DNA from: Eledone cirrhosa
Lineage: Eukaryota
Length of the DNA: 64,000 nt
Direction of reading: 5' to 3'
NCBI GenBank assembly: GCA_964016885.1
Contig: OZ024741.1
Coordinates: forward strand, 36,952,001-37,016,000
Shown in pieces: positions 51,301-64,000 of the stretch. The notes beneath the pieces were generated by a model, which worked only from the letters and a program-made list of their open reading frames with translations, was not told where the DNA came from and searched no databases. Position 1 is the stretch's first letter, and each line of letters begins with the position of its first letter. A program made the translations under genes and the position numbers.

Positions 51301-54300
51301 GTGGTAGTTGTTCTTAGTAGTCTTGGTGGTGTTGTTGTGGTGGTAGTAGTGGTAGTTGTTCTTACTAGTCTTGGTGGTGTTGTTGTGGTGGTAGTAGTGG
51401 TAGTTGTTCTTGGTAGTCTTGGTGGTGTTGTTGTGGTGGTAGTAGTGGTAGTTGTTCTTAGTAGTCTTGGTGGTGTTGTTGTGGTGGTAGTAGTGGTAGT
51501 TGTTCTTAGTAGTCTTGGTGGTGTTGTTGTGGCTGTTGTAGTGTTAGTTGTTCTTAGTAGTCTTGGTGGTGTTGTTGTGGTGGTAGTAGTGGTAGTTGTT
51601 CTTAGTAGTCTTGGTGGTGTTGTTGTGGTGGTAGTAGTGGTAGTTGTTCTTAGTAGTCTTGGTGGTGTTGTTGTGGTGGTAGTAGTGGTAGTTGTTCTTA
51701 GTAGTCTTGGTGGTGTTGTTGTGGTGGTAGTAGTGGTAGTTGTTCTTAGTAGTCTTGGTGGTGTTGTTGTGGTGGTAGTAGTGGTAGTTGTTCTTACTAG
51801 TCTTGGTGGTGTTGTTGTGGTGGTAGTAGTGGTAGTTGTTCTTAGTAGTCTTGGTGGTGTTGTTGTGGTGGTAGTAGTGGTAGTTGTTCTTACTAGTCTT
51901 GGTGGTGTTGTTGTGGTGGTTGTAGTGTTAGTTGTTCTTGGTAGTCTTGGTGGTGTTGTGGTGGTGGTAGTAGTGGTAGTTGTTCTTGGTAGTCTTGGTG
52001 GTGTTGTTGTGGTGGTAGTAGTGGCAGTTGTTCTTACTAGTCGTGGTGGTGGTGTTGTGTTGGTAGTTATGGTAATTGTTCTTAGTAGTCCTGGTGGTGT
52101 TGTTGTGGTGGTAGTAGTGGTAGTTTTTCTTGGTAGTCTTGGTGGTGTTGTTGTGGTGGTAGTAGTGGTAGTTGTTCTTAGTAGTCTTGGTGGTGTTGTT
52201 GTGGTGGTAGTAGTGGTAGTTGTTCTTAGTAGTCTTGGTGGTGTTGTTGTGGTGGTAGTAGTGTTAGTTGTTCTTAGTAGTCTTGGTGGTGTTGTTGTGG
52301 TGGTAGTAGTTGGTGTTGTTCTTAGTAGTCTTGGTGGTGTTGTTGTGGTGGTAGTAGTGGTAGTTGTTCTTAGTAGTCTTGGTGGTGTTGTTGTGGTGGT
52401 AGTAGTGGTGGTTGTTCGTAGTAGTCTTGGTGGTGTTGTTGTGGTGGTAGTAGTGATGGTTGTTCTTAGTAGTCTTGGTGGTGTTTTGTGGTGGTAGTAG
52501 TGGTAGTTGTTCTTAGTAGTCTTGGTGGTGTTGTTGTGGTGGTAGTAGTGGTAGTTGTTCTTACTAGTCTTGGTGGTAGTAGTGGTAGTTGTTCTTAGTA
52601 GTCTTGGTGGTGTTGTTGTGGTGGTAGTAGTGGTAGTTGTTCTTACTAGTCTTGGTGGTGTTGTTGTGGTGGTTGTAGTGTTAGTTGTTCTTAGTAGTCT
52701 TGGTGGTGTTGTGGTGGTGGTAGTAGTGGTAGTTGTTCTTGGTAGTCTTGGTGGTGTTGTTGTGGTGGTAGTAGTGGCAGTTGTTCTTACTAGTCGTGGT
52801 GGTGTTGTTCTGGTGGTTGTAGTGTTAGTTGTTCTTAGTAGTCGTAGTGGTGTTGTTGTGGTGGTAGTAGTGGTAGTTGTTCTTAGTAGTCTTGGTGGTG
52901 TTGTTGTGGAGGTAGTAGTGGTGGTTGTTCTTAGTAGTCTTGGTGGTGGTGTTGTGGTGGTAGTTATGGTAATTGTTCTTAGTAGTCCTGGTGGTGTTGT
53001 TGTGGTGGTAGTAGTGGTAGTTTTTCTTGGTAGTCTTGGTGGTGTTGTTGTGGTGGTAGTAGTGGTAGTTGTTCTTAGTAGTCTTGGTGGTGTTGTTGTG
53101 GTGGTAGTAGTGGTAGTTGTTCTTAGTAGTCTTGGTGGTGTTGTTGTGGTGGTAGTAGTGTTAGTTGTTCTTAGTAGTCTTGGTGGTGTTGTTGTGGTGG
53201 TAGTAGTTGGTGTTGTTCTTAGTAGTCTTGGTGGTGTTGTTGTGGTGGTAGTAGTGGTGGTTGTTCTTAGTAGTCTTGGTGGTGGTGTTGTGGTGGTAGT
53301 AGTGGTGGTTGTTCTTAGTAGTCTTGGTGGTGTTGTTGTGGTGGTAGTAGTGGTGGTTGTTCTTAGTAATCTTGGTGGTGTTGTTGTGGTGGCAGTAGTG
53401 GTGGTTGTTCTTAGTAGTCTTGGGGGTGGTTTGTGGTGGTAGTAGTGGTAGTTGTTCTTAGTAGTCTTGGTGGTGTTTTGTGGTGGTAGTAGTGGTAGTT
53501 GTTCTTAGTAGTCTTGGTGGTGTTGTTGGGGTGGTAGTAGTGGTGGTTGTTCTTAGTAGTCTTGGTGGTGGTGTTGTGGTGGTAGTAGTGGTAGTTGTTC
53601 TTAGTAGTCTTGGTGGTGTTGTTGTGGTGGTAGTAGTGGTAGTTGTTCTTAGTAGTCTTGGTGGTGTTGTTGTGGTGGTAGTAGTGATGGTTGTTCTTAG
53701 TTGTCTTGGTGGTGTTTTGTGGTGGTAGTAGTGGTGGTTGTTCTTAGTAGTCTTGGAGGTGTTGTTGTGGTGGTAGTAGTGGTGGTAGTTATGGTAATTG
53801 TTCTTAGTAGTCTTGGTGGTGTTGTTGTGGTGGTAGTAGTGGTAGTTGTTCTTACTAGTCTTGGTGGTGTTGTTGTGGTGGTAGTAGTGGTAGTTGTTCT
53901 TACTAGTCTTGGTGGTGTTGTTGTGGTGGTAGTAATGGTAGTTGTTCTTACTAGTCTTAGTGGTGTTGTTGTGGTGGTTGTAGTGTTAGTCGTTCTTAGT
54001 AGTCTTGGTGGTGTTGTTGTGGTGGTAGTAGTGGTAGTTGTTCTTGGTAGTCTTGGTGGTGTTGTTGTGGTGGTTGTAGTGTTAGTTGTTCTTAGTAGTC
54101 GTAGTGGTGTTGTTGTGGTGGTAGTAGTGGTAGTTGTTCTTAGTAGTCTTGGTGGTGTTGTTGTGGTGGTAGTAGTGGTAGTTGTTCTTACTAGTCTTGG
54201 TGGTGTTGTTGTGGTGGTAGTAGTGGTAGTTGTTCTTACTAGTCTTGGTGGTGTTGTTGTGGTGGTAGTAGTGGTAGTTGTTCTTAGTAGTCTTTGTGGT

Positions 54301-57300
54301 GTTGTTGTGGTGGTAGTAGTGGTGGTTGTTCTTACTAGTCTTGGTGGTGTTGTTGTGGTGGTAGTAGTGGTAGTTGTTCTTAGTAGTCTTGGTGGTGTTG
54401 TTGTGGTGGTAGTAGTGGTAGTTGAACTTAGTAGTCTTGGTGGTGTTGTTGTGGTGGTAGTAGTGGTAGTTGTTCTTACTAGTCTTGGTGGTGTTGTTGT
54501 GGTGGTAGTAGTGGTAGTTGTTCTTAGTAGTCTTGGTGGTGTTGTTGTGGTGGTAGTAGTGGTAGTTGTTCTTACTAGTTTGGTGGTGTTGTTGTGGTGG
54601 TTGTAGTGTTAGTTGTTCTTAGTAGTCTTGGTGGTGTTGTGGTGGTGGTAGTAGTGGTAGTTGTTCTTGGTAGTCTTGGTGGTGTTGTTGTGGTGGTAGT
54701 AGTGGCAGTTGTTCTTACTAGTCGTGGTGGTGGTGTTGTGGTGGTAGTTATGGTAATTGTTCTTAGTAGTCCTGGTGGTGTTGTTGTGGTGGTAGTAGTG
54801 GTAGTTTTTCTTGGTAGTCTTGGTGGTGTTGTTGTGGTGGTAGTAGTGGTAGTTGTTCTTAGTAGTCTTGGTGGTGTTGTTGTGGTGGTAGTAGTGGTAG
54901 TTGTTCTTAGTAGTCTTGGTGGTGTTGTTGTGGTGGTAGTAGTGTTAGTTGTTCTTAGTAGTCTTGGTGGTGTTGTTGTGGTGGTAGTAGTTGGTGTTGT
55001 TCTTAGTAGTCTTGGTGGTGTTGTTGTGGTGGTAGTAGTGGTAGTTGTTCTTAGTAGTCTTGGTGGTGTTGTTGTGGTGGTAGTAGTGGTGGTTGTTCGT
55101 AGTAGTCTTGGTGGTGTTGTTGTGGTGGTAGTAGTGATGGTTGTTCTTAGTAGTCTTGGTGGTGTTTTGTGGTGGTAGTAGTGGTAGTTGTTCTTAGTAG
55201 TCTTGGTGGTGTTGTTGTGGTGGTAGTAGTGGTAGTTGTTCTTACTAGTCTTGGTGGTAGTAGTGTTAGTTGTTCTTAGTAGTCTTGGTGGTGTTGTGGT
55301 GGTGGTAGTAGTGGTAGTTGTTCTTGGTAGTCTTGGTGGTGTTGTTGTGGTGGTAGTAGTGGCAGTTGTTCTTACTAGTCGTGGTGGTGTTGTTCTGGTG
55401 GTTGTAGTGTTAGTTGTTCTTAGTAGTCGTAGTGGTGTTGTTGTGGTGGTAGTAGTGGTAGTTGTTCTTAGTAGTCTTGGTGGTGTTGTTGTGGAGGTAG
55501 TAGTGGTGGTTGTTCTTAGTAGTCTTGGTGGTGGTGTTGTGGTGGTAGTTATGGTAATTGTTCTTAGCAGTCCTGGTGGTGTTGTTGTGGTGGTAGTAGT
55601 GGTAGTTTTTCTTGGTAGTCTTGGTGGTGTTGTTGTGGTGGTAGTAGTGGTGGTTGTTCTTAGTAGTCTTGGTGGTGTTGTTGTGGTGGTAGTAGTGGTG
55701 GTTGTTCTTAGTAATCTTGGTGGTGTTGTTGTGGTGGCAGTAGTGGTGGTTGTTCTTAGTAGTCTTGGGGGTGGTTTGTGGTGGTAGTAGTGGTAGTTGT
55801 TCTTAGTAGTCTTGGTGGTGTTTTGTGGTGGTAGTAGTGGTAGTTGTTCTTAGTAGTCTTGGTGGTGTTGTTGGGGTGGTAGTAGTGGTGGTTGTTCTTA
55901 GTAGTCTTGGTGGTGGTGTTGTGGTGGTAGTAGTGGTAGTTGTTCTTAGTAGTCTTGGTGGTGTTGTTGTGGTGGTAGTAGTGGTAGTTGTTCTTAGTAG
56001 TCTTGGTGGTGTTGTTGTGGTGGTAGTAGTGATGGTTGTTCTTAGTTGTCTTGGTGGTGCTTTGTGGTGGTAGTAGTGGTGGTTGTTCTTAGTAGTCTTG
56101 GAGGTGTTGTTGTGGTGGTAGTAGTGGTGGTAGTTATGGTAATTGTTCTTAGTAGTCTTGGTGGTGTTGTTGTGGTGGTAGTAGTGTTAGTTGTTCTTAG
56201 TAGTCTTGGTGGTGTTGTTGTGGTGGTAGTAGTGGTAGTTGTTCTTAATAGTCTTGTTGGTGTTTTGTGGTGGTAATAGTGGTGGTTGTTCTTAGTAGTC
56301 TTGGTGGTGGTGTTGTGGTGGTAGTTATGGTAATTGTTCTTAGTAATCTTGGTGGTGTTGTTGTGGTGGTAGTAGTGGTGGTAGTTATGGTAATTTTTCT
56401 TAGTATTCTTGGTGGTGTTGTTGTGGTGGTAGTAGTGTTAGTTGTTGTTAGTAGTCTTGGTGGTGTTGTTGTGGTGGTAGTAGTGGTAGTTGTTCTTAGT
56501 AGTCTTGGTGGTGTTTTGTGGTGGTAGTAGTGGTGGTTGTTCTTAGTAGTCTTGGTGATGTTGTTGTGGTGGTAGTAGTGGTAGTTGTTCTTAGTAGTCT
56601 TAGTGGTGCCGTTGTTATTGTTGTGGTGGTAGTAGTGGTAGTTTTTCTTAGTTGTCCTGGTGGTGGTGTTGTGGTGGTAGTAGTGTTATTTGTTCTTAGT
56701 AGTCTTGGTGGTGGTGTTGTGGTGGTAGTAGTGGTAGTTGTTCTTAGTAGTCTTGGTGGTGGTGTTGTGGTGGTAGTAGTGGTGGTTGTTCTTAGTAGTC
56801 TTGGTGGTGTTGTTGTAGTTGTGGTGGTGGTAGTGGTAGTTGTTCTTAGTAGTCCCGGTGGTGTTGTTGTAGTTGTTGTGGTTGTAGTAGTGGTTGTTGT
56901 TCTTAGTAGTCTTGGTGGTGGTGTTTTTGTTGTTGTGGTGGTAGTAGTTTTAGTTGTTCTTAGTAGTCTTGGTGGTGTTGTTGTGGTGGTAGTAGTTTTA
57001 GTTGTTCTTAGTAGTCTTGGTGGTGTTGTTGTGGTGGTAGTAGTGTTAGTTGTTCTTAGTAGTCTTGGTGGTGTTGTTGTGGTGGTAGTAGTGGTAGTTG
57101 TTCTTAGTAGTCTTGGTGGTGTTGTTGTGGTGGTAGTAGTGGTAATTGTTCTTAGTAGTCTTGGTGGTGTTGTTGTGGTGGTAGTAGTGTTAGTTGTTCT
57201 TAGTAGTGTTGGTGGTGTTGTTGTGGTGGTAGTAGTGGTAATTGTTCTTAGTAGTCTTGGTGGTGTTGTTGTGGTGGTAGTAGTGTTAGTTGTTCTTAGT

Positions 57301-60300
57301 AGTCTTGGTGGTGTTGTTGTGGTGGTAGTAGTGTTAGTTGTTCTTAGTAGTCTTGGTGGTGGTGTTGTGGTGGTAGTAGTGTTAGTTGTTCTTAGTAGTG
57401 TTGGTGGTGTTGTTGTGGTGGTAGTAGTGGTAATTGTTCTTAGTAGTCTTGGTGTTGTTGTTGTAGATGTGGTGGTAGTAGTGGTAGTTGTTCTTCGTAG
57501 TCTTGGTGGTGGTGTTGTGGTGGTAGTAGTGGTGGTTGTTCTTAGTACTCTTGGTGGTGTTGTTGTTGTGGTGGTAGTAGTGGTAGTTGTTCTTAGCAGT
57601 CTTGGTGGTGTTGTTGTGGTGGTAGTAGTGGTAGTTGTTCTTAGTAGTCTTAGTGGTGTTGTTGTGGTGGTAGTAGTGGTAGTTGTTCTTAGTAGTCTTG
57701 GTGGTGTTGTTGTGGTGGTAGTAGTGGTATTTGTTCTTAGTAGTCTTGTTGGTGTTGTTGTGGTGGTAGTAGTGGTAGTTGTTCTTAGTTGTCTTGGTGT
57801 TGTTGTTGTAGATGTGGTGGTAGTAGTGGTAGTCGTTCTTAGTAGTCTTGGTGGTGGTGTTGTGGTGGTAGTAGTGATGGTTGTTCTTAGTAGTCTTGGT
57901 GGTGTTTTGTGGTGGTAGTAGTGGTAGTTGTTCTTAGTAGTCTTGGTGGTGTTGTTGTGGTGGTAGTAGTGGTAGTTGTTCTTACTAGTCTTGGTGGTGT
58001 TGTTGTGGTGGTAGTAGTGGTAGTTGTTCTTAGTAGTCTTGGTGGTGTTGTTGTGGTGGTAGTAGTGGTAGTTGTTCTTACTAGTCTTGGTGGTGTTGTT
58101 GTGGTGGTTGTAGTGTTAGTTGTTCTTAGTAGTCTTGGTGGTGTTGTGGTGGTGGTAGTAGTGGTAGTTGTTCTTGGTAGTCTTGGTGGTGTTGTTGTGG
58201 TGGTAGTAGTGGCAGTTGTTCTTACTAGTCGTGGTGGTGTTGTTGTGGTGGTTGTAGTGTTAGTTGTTCTTAGTAGTCGTAGTGGTGTTGTTGTGGTGGT
58301 AGTAGTGGTAGTTGTTCTTAGTAGTCTTGGTGGTGTTGTTGTGGAGGTAGTAGTGGTGGTTGTTCTTAGTAGTCTTGGTGGTGGTGTTGTGGTGGTAGTT
58401 ATGGTAATTGTTCTTAGTAGTCCTGGTGGTGTTGTTGTGGTGGTAGTAGTGGTAGTTTTTCTTGGTAGTCTTGGTGGTGTTGTTGTGGTGGTAGTAGTGG
58501 TAGTTGTTCTTAGTAGTCTTGGTGGTGTTGTTGTGGTGGTAGTAGTGGTAGTTGTTCTTAGTAGTCTTGGTGGTGTTGTTGTGGTGGTAGTAGTGTTAGT
58601 TGTCCTTAGTAGTCTTGGTGGTGTTGTTGTGCTGGTAGTAGTTGGTGTTGTTCTTAGTAGTCTTGGTGGTGTTGTTGTGGTGGTAGTAGTGGTAGTTGTT
58701 CTTAGTAGTCTTGGTGGTGTTGTTGTGGTGGTAGTAGTGGTGGTTGTTCGTAGTACTCTTGGTGGTGTTGTTGTGGTGGTAGTAGTGATGGTTGTTCTTA
58801 GTAGTCTTGGTGGTGTTTTGTGGTGGTAGTAGTGGTAGTTGTTCTTAGTAGTCTTGGTGGTGTTGTTGTGGTGGTAGTAGTGGTAGTTGTTCTTACTAGT
58901 CTTGGTGGTGTTGTTGTGGTGGTAGTAGTTGGTGTTGTTCTTAGTAGTCTTGGTGGTGTTGTTGTGGTGGTAGTAGTGGTAGTTGTTCTTAGTAGTCTTG
59001 GTGGTGTTGTTGTGGTGGTAGTAGTGGTGGTTGTTCGTAGTAGTCTTGGTGGTGTTGTTGTGGTGGTAGTAGTGATGGTTGTTCTTAGTTGTCTTGGTGG
59101 TGTTTTGTGGTGGTAGTAGTGGTGGTTGTTCTTAGTAGTCTTGGAGGTGTTGTTGTGGTGGTAGTAGTGGTGGTAGTTATGGTAATTGTTCTTAGTAGTC
59201 TTGGTGGTGTTGTTGTGGTGGTAGTAGTGGTAGTTGTTCTTAGTAGTCTTGGTGGTGTTGTTGTGGTGGTAGTAGTGGTAGTTGTTCTTAGTAGTCTTGG
59301 TGGTGTTGTTGTGGTGGTAGTAGTGATGGTTGTTCTTAGTAGTCTTGGTGGTGTTTTGTGGTGGTAGTAGTGGTGGTTGTTCTTAGTAGTCTTGGAGGTG
59401 TTGTTGTGGTGGTAGTAGTGGTGGTAGTTATGGTAATTGTTCTTAGTAGTCTTGGTGGTGTTGTTGTGGTGGTAGTAGTGTTAGTTGTTCTTAGTAGTCT
59501 TGGTGGTGTTGTTGTGGTGGTAGTAGTGGTAGTTGTTCTTAGTAGTCTTGGTGGTGTTTTGTGGTGGTAGTAGTGGTGGTTGTTCTTAGTAGTCTTGGTG
59601 ATGTTGTTGTGGTGGTAGTAGTGGTAGTTGTTCTTAGTAGTCTTAGTGGTGCCGTTGTTGTTGTTGTGGTGGTAGTAGTGGTAGTTTTTCTTAGTTGTCC
59701 TGGTGGTGGTGTTGTGGTGGTAGTAGTGTTATTTGTTCTTAGTAGTCTTGGTGGTGGTGTTGTGGTGGTAGTAGTGGTGGTTGTTCTTAGTAGTCTTGGT
59801 GGTGTTGTTGTAGTTGTGGTGGTAGTAGTGGTAGTTGTTCTTAGTAGTCCCGGTGGTGTTGTTGTAGTTGTTGTGGTTGTAGTAGTGGTTGTTGTTCTTA
59901 GTAGTATTGGTGGTGGTGTTTTTGTTGTTGTGGTGGTAGTAGTTTTAGTTGTTCTTAGTAGTCTTGGTGGTGTTGTTGTGGTGGTAGTAGTTTTAGTTGT
60001 TCTTAGTAGTCTTGGTGGTGTTGTTGTGGTGGTTGTAGTGTTAGTTGTTCTTAGTAGTCTTGGTGGTGTTGTTGTGGTGGTAGTAGTGGTAGTTGTTCTT
60101 AGTAGTCTTGGTGGTGTTGTTGTGGTGTAGTAGTGGTAATTGTTCTTAGTAGTCTTGGTGGTGTTGTTGTGGTGGTAGTAGTGTTAGTTGTTCTTAGTAG
60201 TGTTGGTGGTGTTGTTGTGGTGGTAGTAGTGGTAATTGTTCTTAGTAGTCTTGGTGGTGTTGTTGTGGTGGTAGTAGTGTTAGTTGTTCTTAGTAGTCTT

Positions 60301-63300
60301 GGTGGTGGTGTTGTGGTGGTAGTAGTGTTAGTTGTTCTTAGTAGTGTTGGTGGTGTTGTTGTGGTGGTAGTAGTGGTAATTGTTCTTAGTAGTCTTGGTG
60401 TTGTTGTTGTAGATGTGGTGGTAGTAGTGGTAGTTGTTCTTAGTAGTCTTGGTGGTGGTGTTGTGGTGGTAGTAGTGGTGGTTGTTCTTAGTACTCTTGG
60501 TGGTGTTGTTGTTGTGGTGGTAGTAGTGGTAGTTGTTCTTAGCAGTCTTGGTGGTGTTGTTGTGGTGGTAGTAGTGGTAGTTGTTCTTAGTAGTCTTAGT
60601 GGTGTTGTTGTGGTGGTAGTAGTGGTAGTTGTTCTTAGTAGTCTTGGTGGTGTTGTTGTGGTGGTAGTAGTGGTATTTGTTCTTAGTAGTCTTGTTGGTG
60701 TTGTTGTGGTGGTAGTAGTGGTAGTTGTTCTTAGTTGTCTTGGTGTTGTTGTTGTAGATGTGGTGGTAGTAGTGGTAGTTGTTCTTAGTAGTCTTGGTGG
60801 TGGTGTTGTGGTGGTAGTAGTGGTGGTTGTTCTTAGTACTCTTGGTGGTGTTGTTGTTGTGGTGGTAGTAGTGGTAGTTGTTCTTAGTAGTCTTGGTGGT
60901 GTTGTTGTGGTGGTAGTAGTGGTAGTTGTTCTTACTAGTCTTGGTGGTGTTGTTGTGGTGGTAGTAGTGGTAATTGTTCTTAGTAGTCTTGGTGGTGTTG
61001 TTGTGGTGGTAGTAGTGTTAGTTGTTCTTAGTAGTGTTGGTGGTGTTGTTGTGGTGGTAGTAGTGGTAATTGTTCTTAGTAGTCTTGGTGGTGTTGTGGT
61101 GGTGGTAGTAGTGGTAGTTGTTCTTGGTAGTCTTGGTGGTGTTGTTGTGGTGGTAGTAGTGTTAGTTGTTCTTAGTAGTCTTGGTGGTGGTGTTGTGGTG
61201 GTAGTAGTGTTAGTTGTTCTTAGTAGTCGTAGTGGTGTTGTTGTGGTGGTAGTAGTGGTAGTTGTTCTTAGTAGTCTTGGTGGTGTTGTTGTGGAGGTAG
61301 TAGTGGTGGTTGTTCTTAGTAGTCTTGGTGGTGGTGTTGTGGTGGTAGTTATGGTAATTGTTCTTAGTAGTCCTGGTGGTGTTGTTGTGGTGGTAGTAGT
61401 GGTAGTTTTTCTTGGTAGTTTGGTGGTGTTGTTGTGGTGGTAGTAGTGGTAGTTGTTCTTAGTAGTCTTGGTGGTGTTGTTGTGGTGGTAGTAGTGGTAG
61501 TTGTTCTTAGTAGTCTTGGTGGTGTTGTTGTGGTGGTAGTAGTGTTAGTTGTTCTTAGTAGTCTTGGTGGTGTTGTTGTGGTGGTAGTAGTTGGTGTTGT
61601 TCTTAGTAGTTTTGGTGGTGTTGTTGTGGTGGTAGTACTGGTAGTTGTTCTTAGTAGTCTTGGTGGTGTTGTTGTGGTGGTAGTAGTGGTGGTTGTTCGT
61701 AGTAGTCTTGGTGGTGTTGTTGTGGTGGTAGTAGTGATGGTTGTTCTTAGTAGTCTTGGTGGTGTTTTGTGGTGGTAGTAGTGGTAGTTGTTCTTACTAC
61801 AAGAACAATTACCATAACTACCACCACAACACCACCACCAAGACTACTAAGAACAACCACCACTACTACCACCACAAAACACCACCAAGACTATTAAGAA
61901 CAACTACCACTACTACCACCACAACAACACCACCAAGACTACTAAGAACAACTAACACTACTACCACCACAACAACACCACCAAGACTACTAAGAACAAC
62001 TAACACTACTACCACCACAACAACACCACCAAGACTACTAAGAACAATTACCACTACTACCACCACAACAACACCACCAACACTACTAAGAACAACTAAC
62101 ACTACTACCACCACAACAACACCACCACTACTACCACCACATCTACAACAACAACACCAAGACAACTAAGAACAACTACCACTACTACCACCACAACAAC
62201 ACCAACAAGACTACTAAGAACAAATACCACTACTACCACCACAACAACACCACCAAGACTACTAAGAACAACTACCACTACTACCACCACAACAACACCA
62301 CCAAGACTACTAAGAACAATTACCATAACTACCACCACTACTACCATCACAACAACACCTCCAAGACTACTAAGAACAACCACCACTACTACCACCACAA
62401 AACACCACCAAGACAACTAAGAACAACCATCACTACTACCACCACAACAACACCACCAAGACTACTACGAACAACCACCACTACTACCACCACAACAACA
62501 CCACCAAGACTACTAAGAACAACTACCACTACTACCACCACAACAACACCACCAAGACTACTAAGAACAACACCAACTACTACCACCACAACAACACCAC
62601 CAAGACTACTAAGAACAACTAACACTACTACCACCACAACAACACCACCAAGACTACTAAGAACAACTACCACTACTACCACCACAACAACACCACCAAG
62701 ACTACTAAGAACAATTACCACTACTACCACCACAACAACACCACCAAGACTACCAAGAAAAACTACCACTACTACCACCACAACAACACCACCAGGACTA
62801 CTAAGAACAATTACCATAACTACCACCACAACACCACCACCAAGACTACTAAGAACAACCACCACTACTACCTCCACAACAACACCACCAAGACTACTAA
62901 GAACAACTACCACTACTACCACCACAACAACACCACTACGACTACTAAGAACAACTAACACTACAACCACCACAACAACACCACCACTACTAGTAAGAGT
63001 CTTGGTGGTGTTGTTGTGGTGGTAGTAGTGTTAGTTGTTCTTAGTAGTCTTGGTGGTGTTGTTGTGGTGGTAGTAGTGGTAGTTGTTCTTACTAGTCTTG
63101 GTGGTGTTGTTGTGGTGGTAGTAGTGGTAGTTGTTCTTAGTAGTCTTGGTGGTGTTTTGTGGTGGTAGTAGTGGTGGTTGTTCGTAGTAGTCTTGGTGGT
63201 GTTGTTGTGGTGGTAGTAGTGATGGTTGTTCTTAGTAGTCTTGGTGGTGTTTTGTGGTGGTAGTAGTGGTACTTGTTCTTAGTAGTCTTGGTGGTGTTGT

Positions 63301-64000
63301 TGTGGTGGTAGTAGTGGTAGTTGTTCTTACTAGTCTTGGTGGTGTTGTTGTGGTGGTAGTAGTGGTAGTTGTTCTTAGTAGTCTTGGTGGTGTTGTTGTG
63401 GTGTAGTAGTGGTAATTGTTCTTAGTAGTCTTGGTGGTGTTGTTGTGGTGGTAGTAGTGTTAGTTGTTCTTAGTAGTGTTGGTGGTGTTGTTGTGGTGGT
63501 AGTAGTGGTAATTGTTCTTAGTAGTCTTGGTGGTGTTGTTGTGGTGGTAGTAGTGTTAGTTGTTCTTAGTAGTCTTGGTGGTGTTGTTGTGGTGGTAGTA
63601 GTGTTAGTTGTTCTTAGTAGTCTTGGTGGTGGTGTTGTGGTGGTAGTAGTGTTAGTTGTTCTTAGTAGTGTTGGTGGTGTTGTTGTGGTGGTAGTAGTGG
63701 TAATTGTTCTTAGTAGTCTTGGTGTTGTTGTTGTAGATGTGGTGGTAGTAGTGGTAGTTGTTCTTCGTAGTCTTGGTGGTGGTGTTGTGGTGGTAGTAGT
63801 GGTGGTTGTTCTTAGTACTCTTGGTGGTGTTGTTGTTGTGGTGGTAGTAGTGGTAGTTGTTCTTAGCAGTCTTGGTGGTGTTGTTGTGGTGGTAGTAGTG
63901 GTAGTTGTTCTTAGTAGTCTTAGTGGTGTTGTTGTGGTGGTAGTAGTGGTAGTTGTTCTTAGTAGTCTTGGTGGTGTTGTTGTGGTGGTAGTAGTGGTAT
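48331..64000. repeat. 48-bp tandem satellite, at least 15.6 kb (~325 units); consensus GTTGTTCTTAGTAGTCTTGGTGGTGTTGTTGTGGTGGTAGTAGTGGTA
   Basis: 16-codon periodicity in the ORF track (LSSLGG + V10); continues past the window end. Confidence 0.99.
61797..62998 (-). repeat. Inverted block of ~25 48-bp units inside the array
   Basis: Abrupt switch from G/T-rich to A/C-rich (accaagactactaagaacaac) and back. Confidence 0.97.

Noticed and set aside
48459-61778. Long poly-Val ORFs, or a minus-strand mucin-like (T-rich PPRLLR) repeat protein
   Set aside because: By-product of a stop-free 48-bp unit. Recurrent 47-bp units shift the frame, the inversion breaks it, and no non-repetitive coding flank was seen.

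Overview
Gene-free, repeat-saturated eukaryotic DNA. The SINE and LINE families look cephalopod-like, most likely Octopus; this is my inference from recognised motifs, not a database result. About 63% of the window is two tandem arrays: a 34-bp satellite (14696-39537, ~730 units) with kb-scale higher-order duplications, and a 48-bp GT-rich satellite (48331 to window end) containing a ~1.2-kb internal inversion. The rest is nested decayed mobile elements (CR1-, RTE- and CRE-clade LINE fragments, a Penelope GIY-YIG fragment, tRNA-type SINEs, mariner-type MITEs) and microsatellites. The best lead is a minus-strand type I hammerhead ribozyme with an intact core (44622-44700). It lies inside a 489-bp terminally redundant unit inserted in a microsatellite and is a candidate retrozyme/circular-RNA retroelement. 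No host protein-coding gene could be supported.
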